A stretch of 32,000 nt of DNA. Source: Planctopirus limnophila DSM 3776. GTDB taxonomy: Bacteria > Planctomycetota > Planctomycetia > Planctomycetales > Planctomycetaceae. Both the position numbers and the translations under genes were made by a program. The stretch covers positions 180,001 to 212,000 of the forward strand of contig NC_014148.1 of assembly GCF_000092105.1 (NCBI RefSeq), given 5' to 3'. Below the pieces are notes generated by a model. The model made no database searches. It was not told the DNA's origin and saw nothing but the letters and a program-made list of their open reading frames with translations. Numbering within the stretch: position 1 is the first letter of the stretch; the number at the start of each line of letters is the position of its first letter. Shown piece by piece: positions 17,245 to 25,230 of the stretch.

Positions 17245-18054
17245 ATGGCAATCGTAACATGGGTTTTTGAGCCGAACATCTTTCCTGAAACCCATCAGCC
17301 AATCCGAAAAGCTGTCCGCGATGGCGGGCATTGTCTCATTGAGTGGTCAGATGCCTGGTGGACGGATGGTGTGCCTTCGAATGTGCCAAATTCGTCTGTC
17401 GTGTTTCATGGCTCGCTTGGTAACGCCGCAAGAATTACGAGTGAGTTGCAATGGACGCCGGGTGCGTTCTGCTCAGTCGAAGCATTTCGATGCTCTGCAT
17501 GGTACGAGTCAGCCCGTCAATGGCTTGTCCATAGAGACTGGACGATCTGTCCTGCGAGTGAGTTGGTCGCTAACGCTCGAAAACTTGCCGACAAGCTCGG
17601 GGCTACCGATCGCGTGTTTGTACGCCCGGATAGCCCACTGAAACCCTTTAGTGGACGGGTCGTTGATGTCGCTTCCCTGACGTTGGCAAAGCTCGATTAT
17701 GGTTTCTACTACGATGACGAAACCATTCCGGTCGTCGTGGCACCAGTGCAGTCGATTGGAAACGAATGGCGTTTTGTCATTGCGGATCGCTCGGTGATTG
17801 CAGGTTCGGCCTATGATCCGAAAACGCGAAATCCGGTGATCGCGGCACTAAACTCCGCACCAGCCGAATTCGCAACCATCGTAGCCTCATCGATCCCGGA
17901 ACCAGAAATCGTCTACATACTCGATATCTGCGAGTGTAATGGTGAACTGCGACTCCTCGAATTAAATCCTTTTGGCGGTGCTGACCTTTACGCATGTAAT
18001 GCAACGAAGGTTGTTGAGGTTGTCTCATCCATCGCAGAGAACGAGACAAAGTAA
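17245..18054 (+). CDS. ATP-grasp domain protein (DUF4343 / R2K-clade-like)
   Basis: 269-aa ORF. The blocks RVFVRPDSPLKPFSGRVV, NEWRFVIADRSVIAGSAY and VYILDICECNGELRLLELNPFGGADLY match the pattern of stand-alone ATP-grasp proteins (F.KP....K.F.G; E.R.F...G.V...S.Y; .D.......I.E.N...SG.Y). Confidence 0.55.
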   Translation: MAIVTWVFEPNIFPETHQPIRKAVRDGGHCLIEWSDAWWTDGVPSNVPNSSVVFHGSLGNAARITSELQWTPGAFCSVEAFRCSAWYESARQWLVHRDWTICPASELVANARKLADKLGATDRVFVRPDSPLKPFSGRVVDVASLTLAKLDYGFYYDDETIPVVVAPVQSIGNEWRFVIADRSVIAGSAYDPKTRNPVIAALNSAPAEFATIVASSIPEPEIVYILDICECNGELRLLELNPFGGADLYACNATKVVEVVSSIAENETK

Positions 18055-18150
18055 ACTCCGGTCTTAATCGGAGGTATTTAGGTACACGACAACACACAAG
18101 GGCGTCGTGTGCAGCTGCTGGCTCGCCAGCGGTGCTCAATCAATCAACCA

Positions 18151-18174
18151 ATGCTCTCACTCGGGTGAGAGCAT
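18151..18174 (-). terminator. hairpin overlapping the arsD stop codon (putative terminator)
   Basis: A perfect 10-bp stem, atgctctcac (18151..18160) with gtgagagcat (18165..18174), has a 4-nt loop. On the minus strand it is followed by tggttgattgattg, a moderate U-tract. Confidence 0.4.
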
Positions 18175-18501
18175 CGGGAGCGGTGTCAAGAGTGGCGAGG
18201 AGATGCCGGCCCAGGTGCCGAGTTCTCTGCGTGAGGGGTAGCGCGAGCGGGATTTGATTTCCCCATCGATCACCGTCACTGGCAGCACCTCGGGGCCTTC
18301 GGTCGCCAGCAGTTCCCGAATCACTTCGTTAGCCGCGAAGGCCATGGGCTGCTGGGCCAGGTTGAAGCGTTCGACCGCGACGCCGCGACTTTTCAGCCAG
18401 TCAAGATCTGCCGCAAACTGAGGGAGCACAGGATCCACCTGCGGACCACAGATCCCTGTCGAACAACAAAGTGCCTTGTCGAAAATCTGCAGTGTGCTCA
18501 T
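18157..18501 (-). CDS. arsD: arsenical resistance metallochaperone / repressor ArsD
   Basis: ORF 18157..18519 (-). The ATG at 18501 (SD-like GAGGAAA upstream) gives MSTLQIFDKALCCSTGICG. Cys12, Cys13 and Cys18 then fall at the same positions as in plasmid R773 ArsD. Other blocks: WLK..GV.VERFNLAQQPMAF, LPVTVIDGE......RYPSRRELGTW. It lacks the C-terminal Cys pairs. Confidence 0.85.
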   Translation of the reverse strand: MSTLQIFDKALCCSTGICGPQVDPVLPQFAADLDWLKSRGVAVERFNLAQQPMAFAANEVIRELLATEGPEVLPVTVIDGEIKSRSRYPSRRELGTWAGISSPLLTPLPMLSPE

Positions 18502-18703
18502 CGGATTTCCTCGCTTCACTTCCCTGACTGATGATCAATCCGTGAGGACTGTTCGATTTCAAACTCTGACTTAATTGGATTATCCCGGATCGAACTTCAG
18601 GATGCCAACTCGATCAAGGTTTTCCCGAAAGATCCAGAGTTTCTCACAATGAGCAAATCTGGTACACATAGACTTATCAACAATCAATGATGCACTCTTG
18701 TTG

Positions 18704-18737
18704 GTGATTCACGTCAACTTGTGATTCACCTCAACTC
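18704..18737 (+). promoter_or_regulatory. tandem 17-bp direct repeat upstream of cstA (candidate transcription-factor site)
   Basis: gtgattcacgtcaactt (18704..18720) is immediately followed by gtgattcacctcaactc (18721..18737), 15/17 identical. Each unit contains the palindrome GTGA-T-TCAC. The repeat ends 31 nt before the cstA start. Confidence 0.4.
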
Positions 18738-18768
18738 ATGATCCATTTTTCGATGGTGAGGTCTGGCT

Positions 18769-20559
18769 GTGGGAATGTTAGGAATTCTCATCGGTGCGGC
18801 AATCCTCCTGTATGCCGCCTGGCGGCTCTATGGGCCGGTGCTGGCACGTCTTCTGGAACTGGATAACAACCGCCCCACACCAGCCGTCACGCAGTGCGAT
18901 CATCTCGACTACGAGCCGATTGAACCCAATGCACTGCTTTCACAGCATTTTTCGGCGATTGCCGCTGCCGGGCCGATTGTGGGCCCCATTGTCGCTGGCA
19001 TCGCGTTTGGCTGGTTGCCCGCCATTTTATGGATTCTTGTCGGCGCCATCTTTGTCGGGGGTGTGCATGATATTACAGCTCTGGTCGCTTCGATCCGGCA
19101 CAAAGCCCGTTCGATTGCCGAAGTTGTCCGCGAGCACATGAGCCGTCGGGCGTTTCTGCTCTTTCTTTCGTTTGTCTGGCTGGCACTGGTCTACATTGTG
19201 GTCGCTTTTACGGATATCACCGCGAGAGCTTTCGTCGGGCAGCTCGATCTGGGGAATGGCGAAGTGGTGAGTGGCGGCGGGATTGCCTCGTCATCGCTGA
19301 TCTATCTGCTGATCCCCATCATCATGGGTGTGACCATGCGATACACGAAATTGTCGCTGGGCTGGGCCACCATTATCTTTCTGCCGCTGGTAGGACTTTC
19401 GGTCTATGTGGGCCAGTTGATTCCGCTCGATATGGAAAGTCTGATGCTTCGCTTCGGCTGGGCCACGACAGCCGACGAAGCCAAGTGGGCAGCGATTATC
19501 ACGTGGGATCTGCTGCTGCTGTTCTATTGCTGCCTGGCTTCGATTGCCCCGATGTGGCTGCTATTACAGCCACGGGGTCATCTGGGCGGATACTTCCTGT
19601 ATGTCGCTTTGATTGGTGGAGCTGCGGGCTTAATCGTTGGCAGCCTGTTGAATCAGCAGCCGATTCAATACCCGATGTTCCGGGGTTGGCAACCACCGGA
19701 AGCAGGGAATTTTGTCTTCCCGATGCTGTTCATTCTCATTGCCTGTGGAGCCTGTTCAGGTTTTCATGCACTCATTGCCTCTGGCACAACTTCCAAGCAG
19801 CTGCGTGTCGAATCTGATGCCCGTGTCGTGGGTTATGGCGCGATGCTCCTGGAAGCGATGGTGGCAATTTTGTCGCTGGCGTGCGTGATGCGGCTTTCAC
19901 AAACCGACCCACTCTTAACGAGTGGTAAATTGGAGCCCAACGTGATCTATGCCACGGGACTGGGGAGTTTTCTGCAGACGTTTGGTATCCCGGCAAGCCT
20001 GGCGGTTTCGTTCGCTTTGATGGCCTTTACCACCTTTGTTTACGACACTCTTGATGTCTGTACGCGACTGGGCCGGTACATCATTCAGGAACTGACGGGC
20101 TGGCAAGGCTGGGGTGGCCGCTGGTTTGGCACCATCATTTCCGCTGCAGCACCCGCCTTTTTTGTGACTCAGCAAGTCACCAACCTGCAAGGCAAAGTGG
20201 TTCCTTCGTGGGAAGTCTTCTGGCCCCTGTTTGGTGCCAGTAATCAATTGCTCGCTGCTCTCACATTACTCGGGGTGACGGTATGGTTGTGGCAAACTCG
20301 CCGAGCCGCCTGGGTGTGGATTGTCACTGGCCTCCCCACCGTGCTGATGTACACGATGAGTCTCTGGGCTCTCGGTGTGATGACGAGTGGCACATGGCAG
20401 CAGATCCAGAAAGCGGAGAAGGTTGCGCCGGTCAGTTATGTGATCATCACGGTTTCGTCACTGCTGATTGTGCTGGCATTGCTGATGCTGATCGAAGCGA
20501 TCATGGCTTTGACAACAAACAACAAAGAGCGGGCCATTCCTGTGACAACACCGGCCTGA
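18769..20559 (+). CDS. cstA: carbon starvation protein A (CstA family peptide/pyruvate transporter)
   Basis: 596-aa polytopic ORF. The GTG at 18769 lies 7 nt after GGTGAGG; an ATG lies at 18775. CstA blocks: TPAVT..D.LDY.P......L..HFSAIAAAGPIVGPIVA, GGVHD, ACGA.SGFHAL..SGTTSKQL. Confidence 0.9.
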   Translation: MGMLGILIGAAILLYAAWRLYGPVLARLLELDNNRPTPAVTQCDHLDYEPIEPNALLSQHFSAIAAAGPIVGPIVAGIAFGWLPAILWILVGAIFVGGVHDITALVASIRHKARSIAEVVREHMSRRAFLLFLSFVWLALVYIVVAFTDITARAFVGQLDLGNGEVVSGGGIASSSLIYLLIPIIMGVTMRYTKLSLGWATIIFLPLVGLSVYVGQLIPLDMESLMLRFGWATTADEAKWAAIITWDLLLLFYCCLASIAPMWLLLQPRGHLGGYFLYVALIGGAAGLIVGSLLNQQPIQYPMFRGWQPPEAGNFVFPMLFILIACGACSGFHALIASGTTSKQLRVESDARVVGYGAMLLEAMVAILSLACVMRLSQTDPLLTSGKLEPNVIYATGLGSFLQTFGIPASLAVSFALMAFTTFVYDTLDVCTRLGRYIIQELTGWQGWGGRWFGTIISAAAPAFFVTQQVTNLQGKVVPSWEVFWPLFGASNQLLAALTLLGVTVWLWQTRRAAWVWIVTGLPTVLMYTMSLWALGVMTSGTWQQIQKAEKVAPVSYVIITVSSLLIVLALLMLIEAIMALTTNNKERAIPVTTPA

Positions 20560-20965
20560 GCCACCAGTCTTTTCTACAAGCACATGCCCACCATTGAGTT
20601 ACGGTGTCTGCTGCACTCCGTATTGATCGGCAGATCATGCAGGAAAGATCGCGCACAAGCGTCGTTAACTTTCACGCCTGGCTGCGGTTCACAACCTATG
20701 ATGAGGTCTCTGCGACTTCGTCTGCCTACGATTCTAACCGGGTATGCACTCATTGTGTGCAAGATCTCTTAGAGAACGTTGATTGTCCTGAGAGTTTGTT
20801 TGGCAGATCAACGGTATCGAGAGTCCTACGTGGGATTTGTTGAAGATCGTGATGACCCTGGAATTGAGTTTTGTTCGATAACACTTAGGTTCAATGCCAA
20901 TTCACGAAACTTTTTGAAGTGATCAACTTCCGTGCGACTGTTTGCTGGAATAAGGAACTGCCATC

Positions 20966-21982
20966 ATGACCATGTCCAAGCCTCCTGTGCTGGATCAACC
21001 CATCCAGGGAGGAAGTCTGCTGGCAGCTTTGGACAGTTTGCTGGCTGACGATCTTGCTGCCGTCGAGCGCATTCTCTGGAACGAACTCGAAAGCGATCAA
21101 CCCTGCGTGAAGGATATTCTTCAGCATGCAACGCGTTTTCGTGGCAAGCGATTACGACCAATTCTGGTTCTGCTCTCTGCCAGGGCTTGCGGCGAAGTGA
21201 ATGAAACCCATCGCCTGCTGGCGGCTGTCGTTGAGATGATCCACATCGCCACGTTAGTTCACGATGACGTCCTCGACGAAGCTTCGACACGCCGACATGT
21301 CGCAACAGTTAATGCGCGGTGGAACAACGAAACGAGTGTGCTGTTTGGCGATTATCTTTTCACACATGCGTTCCATCTGGCGAGTGAACTTCCGACTTCA
21401 CACGCCTGTAGGATCATCGGGCGAGCAACGAATAAGGTCTGTGAAGGAGAACTCACCCAGATCCATGAGCGTGGTAATCTCGATTTGAATGAAGAGACGT
21501 ACTTCAAAATCATCAATGGGAAAACGGCAGAACTGACGGCTGTCAGTGCCTATCTGGGGGCTCATTACGCCGACCAGCCCGCGGAAGTCGTGAATGCTGT
21601 TGAAGCCTATGGTCGGAAGCTGGGTCTAGCATTTCAGATTGCCGACGATCTGCTCGACATTCTCGGAGTCGAAAAGAAGACCGGCAAAACGTTGGGATCA
21701 GACCTCAAAAAACAGAAGTTGACGCTGCCCATCATTCGTTTGCTGGCAACCGCCACATCTGCCGATGCGACGATTATTCGTGAACTGCTTGCCCATCCAG
21801 AAGACGATACAGCCGGGCAATTGCGGGAATATCTGCACAAGAGCGATGCTCTCGAATACACCTCACAAACGGCACACAAGCTGGTGGAAGAGGCTTGTGA
21901 GCATTTGAACGTGTTGCCTGAGAGTCAGGCACGCCACTGGCTCTGCGAGATCGCACGCTTCTCAGTGGAAAGATCGTTTTAA
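20966..21982 (+). CDS. trans-polyprenyl diphosphate synthase (IspB/HepT-like, long chain)
   Basis: 338-aa ORF with both aspartate-rich motifs (LVHDDVLDE and FQIADDLLD) and GKR.RP. Product chain length cannot be inferred. Confidence 0.85.
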   Translation: MTMSKPPVLDQPIQGGSLLAALDSLLADDLAAVERILWNELESDQPCVKDILQHATRFRGKRLRPILVLLSARACGEVNETHRLLAAVVEMIHIATLVHDDVLDEASTRRHVATVNARWNNETSVLFGDYLFTHAFHLASELPTSHACRIIGRATNKVCEGELTQIHERGNLDLNEETYFKIINGKTAELTAVSAYLGAHYADQPAEVVNAVEAYGRKLGLAFQIADDLLDILGVEKKTGKTLGSDLKKQKLTLPIIRLLATATSADATIIRELLAHPEDDTAGQLREYLHKSDALEYTSQTAHKLVEEACEHLNVLPESQARHWLCEIARFSVERSF

Positions 21983-22172
21983 CGATGCGTGAGCGGGTGA
22001 ACTGCAAGCAATTCTCTCAGTATCGTTCGCACTATTCTGCCAGCTCATTTTTCATGACGAGCCTCTTTGAATGTCGCCAGACTTCTCCCGCCTGACCGGC
22101 AGCGATACGCTTCTTGGATACTGATCGAGTGAGTATCGAAGTCGTTCCGGTTCGTTGTCAGTGGAGAGCGGC

Positions 22173-23240
22173 ATGGCAGGCAGATCCCACAACGAATATC
22201 TTTTGCGACCCACGGCAGCGGGTCTGTATTGCGAAAAGGGTGGATTCTACATCGATCCTGTGGCCCCGGTTGCCAAAGCGATCATTACCCATGCTCATGG
22301 CGATCACGCCACTCGCGGTCATGCCAGCTACATCTCCAGCAGTCGTGGAGCCGCACTGGTCAGGCACCGTGTCGGGGCACACGCCAAGATCACGAGTTGG
22401 GAGTACGGTGAAACTTATCGCATGAACGATGTCCTCGTTTCGCTGCATCCCGCCGGGCATATCCTGGGCTCGGCACAGGTTCGCATTGAATGGCGTAGCA
22501 CACGAGGCACAGAGGTCTGGGTGGTGACCGGGGATTACCGGCGGGAACCTGATCCCACGTGTGAACCTTTTGAAGTGATCCGCTGCGATACGTTGATTAC
22601 TGAGGCGACCTTTGCCCGTCCGCAATTTGTCTGGCCGACAACTCAGTCGCAGTTGGATCGACTGGAGCAATGGTGGCAAGGGAATCAACAGCGGGGTTTT
22701 GCCAGTTTTCTGTATGTATATGCACTCGGTAAGGCCCAACGGATACTGGCGGCACTGAACCCGGATTGCGGGCCGATTTTCGCCCCGAAAGTCGTGCGTG
22801 ATATCAGCCAGATTTATCGGGATGCCGGAGTGGCTTTGCCCTGCGAGCGAGATCCGTTTGTCGAGATGACGCCGGAACTCTGGTCGCGGGCACTCATCAT
22901 TTTGCCCCCTTCTTCGAAGCGACCGCTAATGATTCCCACAGCCGGATCATCGGCGACCGCGTTTGCTTCAGGTTGGATGCTCGATCCCGAGGAACAACAG
23001 CGGCGACAGGTGGATGCCGGGTTTGTGATTTCTGACCATCCGGATCATCTGGAAATTCTCCGGACTGTGGAAGAGACCTGTGCCCGCCGAGTGTTCGCCA
23101 CTCATGGAGAAACAGGCTGGCTTTGTGAAACCCTGAATTCACGAGGAATCGAAGCCCACGATCTCGATTCTCTGCGTGTCGCACGCGGTGCCAGACCAGG
23201 AGAATCATGGTGGCGACCCGTGAACGACCAGCCCCAGTAG
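22173..23240 (+). CDS. ligase-associated DNA damage response exonuclease (metallo-beta-lactamase / beta-CASP fold)
   Basis: ORF 22155..23240 (+) opens with TTG. The ATG at 22173 follows GGAGAG. The N-terminus LLRPTAAGLYCEKGGFYIDPVAPVAKAIITHAHGDHATRGH matches this family's pattern (L..T..GLYC..G.FYIDP..PV..A.ITHAH.DHAR). Later blocks include SLHPAGHILGSAQV and FATHGE. Confidence 0.7.
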   Translation: MAGRSHNEYLLRPTAAGLYCEKGGFYIDPVAPVAKAIITHAHGDHATRGHASYISSSRGAALVRHRVGAHAKITSWEYGETYRMNDVLVSLHPAGHILGSAQVRIEWRSTRGTEVWVVTGDYRREPDPTCEPFEVIRCDTLITEATFARPQFVWPTTQSQLDRLEQWWQGNQQRGFASFLYVYALGKAQRILAALNPDCGPIFAPKVVRDISQIYRDAGVALPCERDPFVEMTPELWSRALIILPPSSKRPLMIPTAGSSATAFASGWMLDPEEQQRRQVDAGFVISDHPDHLEILRTVEETCARRVFATHGETGWLCETLNSRGIEAHDLDSLRVARGARPGESWWRPVNDQPQ

Positions 23241-23430
23241 GTTTTTGTTTCACATCAATTAAAGCTGCAGTTGAGACCGTGATGCCTGATAAGCTTAAAC
23301 GCATCTGCGGGCCGATTTTCACTCATAGGGTGTCGGCTATATCAGACATGAAGCAACTCGAATGATGACAATTAGGTGAAAGACGGCGATCGGCAGACCG
23401 CGGCCAAAGGATTATTCATACTGCAGGACG

Positions 23431-24039
23431 TTATCGCGATTCTGCTGCATCGCTTGGTTCGGGCTTTACGTCCGTTCGACGTAGTGCTGACCTAAGGCGT
23501 TCTTGCTCTGCAAGAAAATCAGGCCACTGGGTACCGGGGATGTATTCAATTGCCGTTCCCACAAAGCACACCCAGTGTCCGCCCTCGGGCAACCGTTCTC
23601 CATTATGACCCAACCCTACCTTGTCCCAAAACAGCGCTATTCGGTGGTTGTCGTCCTTTCGCAGCCCAGGAATATAGTGCCAGCCGCATGTGTTCGGCGT
23701 CAGCAACTGCCCTGCCGCGAGTCGAGCCTGAACCAATGACTCGTCGACGGTCTTGCCTCGAAGGAGGTTTGCGTCGGCCGACTTGGGATCATCTAGGTGC
23801 AAGAGGCTAAGGGAAGCCTCAGCGCTATCCTCACCTCTCGGGTACCAACCTTCATTGCGCTCCGCATACTGAAACAATGCAAGCATCAGTGCCTTATCGC
23901 AGCAGTGGCTCCAGCCATACGGATAGTAGTACTTCTTCAAGCCAAGCGGATATTGGTATCGATAGTAGGCAATGCCTGAGAGAACAACGACTATCGACAA
24001 AATCGCAAGTCGCTTGGCCCACTTCATTGACGTCTGCAC
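23431..24039 (-). CDS. hypothetical membrane-anchored protein
   Basis: 202-aa ORF with one N-terminal hydrophobic span (LAILSIVVVLSGIAYY). No family recognised. The segment looks AT-richer than its neighbours. An alternative ATG lies at 24027. Confidence 0.5.
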   Translation of the reverse strand: MQTSMKWAKRLAILSIVVVLSGIAYYRYQYPLGLKKYYYPYGWSHCCDKALMLALFQYAERNEGWYPRGEDSAEASLSLLHLDDPKSADANLLRGKTVDESLVQARLAAGQLLTPNTCGWHYIPGLRKDDNHRIALFWDKVGLGHNGERLPEGGHWVCFVGTAIEYIPGTQWPDFLAEQERLRSALRRTDVKPEPSDAAESR

Positions 24040-24687
24040 CTAGATGGCCGAACTCGCATTCGACCGCGAAAGTACGATCGAAGATCATTGTAATTTCGCC
24101 GTGCAGCATGGAGTTGTCAACTTTAATGTCTCATACCGGTAAACGAGTTGCGACGGATCACCGGTCTGAGTCTCATGCAATACTGCACTTGGCCTTCAAT
24201 CGTACACATTCCGCCTAGAATTAGAATCATGGGCGCTTGGATCAGAGAACAATCTGGCTGATTCAGTCCGCGAGTAGTTGGAATTGCATATTGAAGCTCC
24301 GAGTGGCTTATTGACACTTCATCGGGAAGTTAATCTGCACACGTTCGAATGGCGTCATGCTGACTTTGAGATAAAATCATGGAACGCCGAAATCTCTTGG
24401 GCTCGGCTGTGGCTTTTGTGTTTCAACGTTTCGCACGATTCCGTGAATGGTATTGTCTTTCGAGGCCCTCTGCCGGATGGTGGGAAGATGTCGGGGTTGT
24501 GATTTCTGATCAGCCCCTGTCAACGGGCAAATGATGAACAGGCGAAAGCGGCAATCGGGCGGAACAACTTTGTTTCGTTCAGAAAACCATGAACAGATCG
24601 CCAGATTTCTGTTTCATCACTTTTCAGGGAGACTTGTGTTGTTCATGATGTAACAAAGGCAAAGGTCGAAGGATTCTTTCGGCCAGA

Positions 24688-25101
24688 GTGGCTGCAGGGA
24701 TGGACACCACGATGAATGAGGATCTCGCACGCATGACCCACCCCAATGACGACTTTCGTCTGGAATGGCATGGCAACACGGTTGTCATCACCCCGACAGG
24801 TAATGTCGAGGGCATGAACTGGGAATTGATTGAGCAGGCCGCCGAGGTTGTTCTTGGCCCGATTCGCGAGCAGCACGCTGCTCCGATGGTGGTTTTCGAT
24901 CTGGCACAGATGAACTACTTTGGCAGTGTGTTTCTGGCACTGCTGCTGCGTTGCCATAAGAATGTGCGCAGCCGCGGTGGTGAACTGGTGCTCTGCGGCC
25001 TTTCGGAGACGGCTCGCGAACTCCTCAAAATCACGGCTCTCGATACTGTCTGGGCGATCTACGATTCCAAGGAAGCCGCCCTTAAGGCTGTCGATAACTA
25101 G
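24688..25101 (+). CDS. STAS-domain protein (anti-sigma-factor antagonist, SpoIIAA/RsbV-like)
   Basis: ORF 24688..25101 (+) with a GTG start; ATGs lie at 24700 and 24712. Pattern: G.TVVITP.G......N...........[19 protein letters not shown]........[34 protein letters not shown]. Confidence 0.75.
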   Translation: MAAGMDTTMNEDLARMTHPNDDFRLEWHGNTVVITPTGNVEGMNWELIEQAAEVVLGPIREQHAAPMVVFDLAQMNYFGSVFLALLLRCHKNVRSRGGELVLCGLSETARELLKITALDTVWAIYDSKEAALKAVDN

Positions 25102-25164
25102 GCATGGATCCGGAGTATCGACGAGTTTCATAGTCAACGCGATCAACGAGTATGTGCCAAATCG

Positions 25165-25199
25165 AAAGCCGGGCTTGAGGAAACCTCGAGCCCGGCTTT
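25165..25199. terminator. bidirectional rho-independent terminator between the convergent STAS and HTTM genes
   Basis: aaagccgggcttgagg (25165..25180) pairs with cctcgagcccggcttt (25184..25199): 16 bp including one G-U, with a 3-nt loop. The stem arms themselves begin with AAA and end with TTT, supplying U-runs in both directions. Confidence 0.65.
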
Positions 25200-25230
25200 G
25201 TGATTGGAGAAAAGCTGATGCTGCGAGAGA

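Noticed and set aside
24278-24502. A 74-aa plus-strand ORF (and 24123..24317 on the minus strand) in the gap upstream of the STAS gene.
   Set aside because: It has only a TTG start, low GC3 by eye and no motif. I keep it as part of the unexplained non-coding tract.
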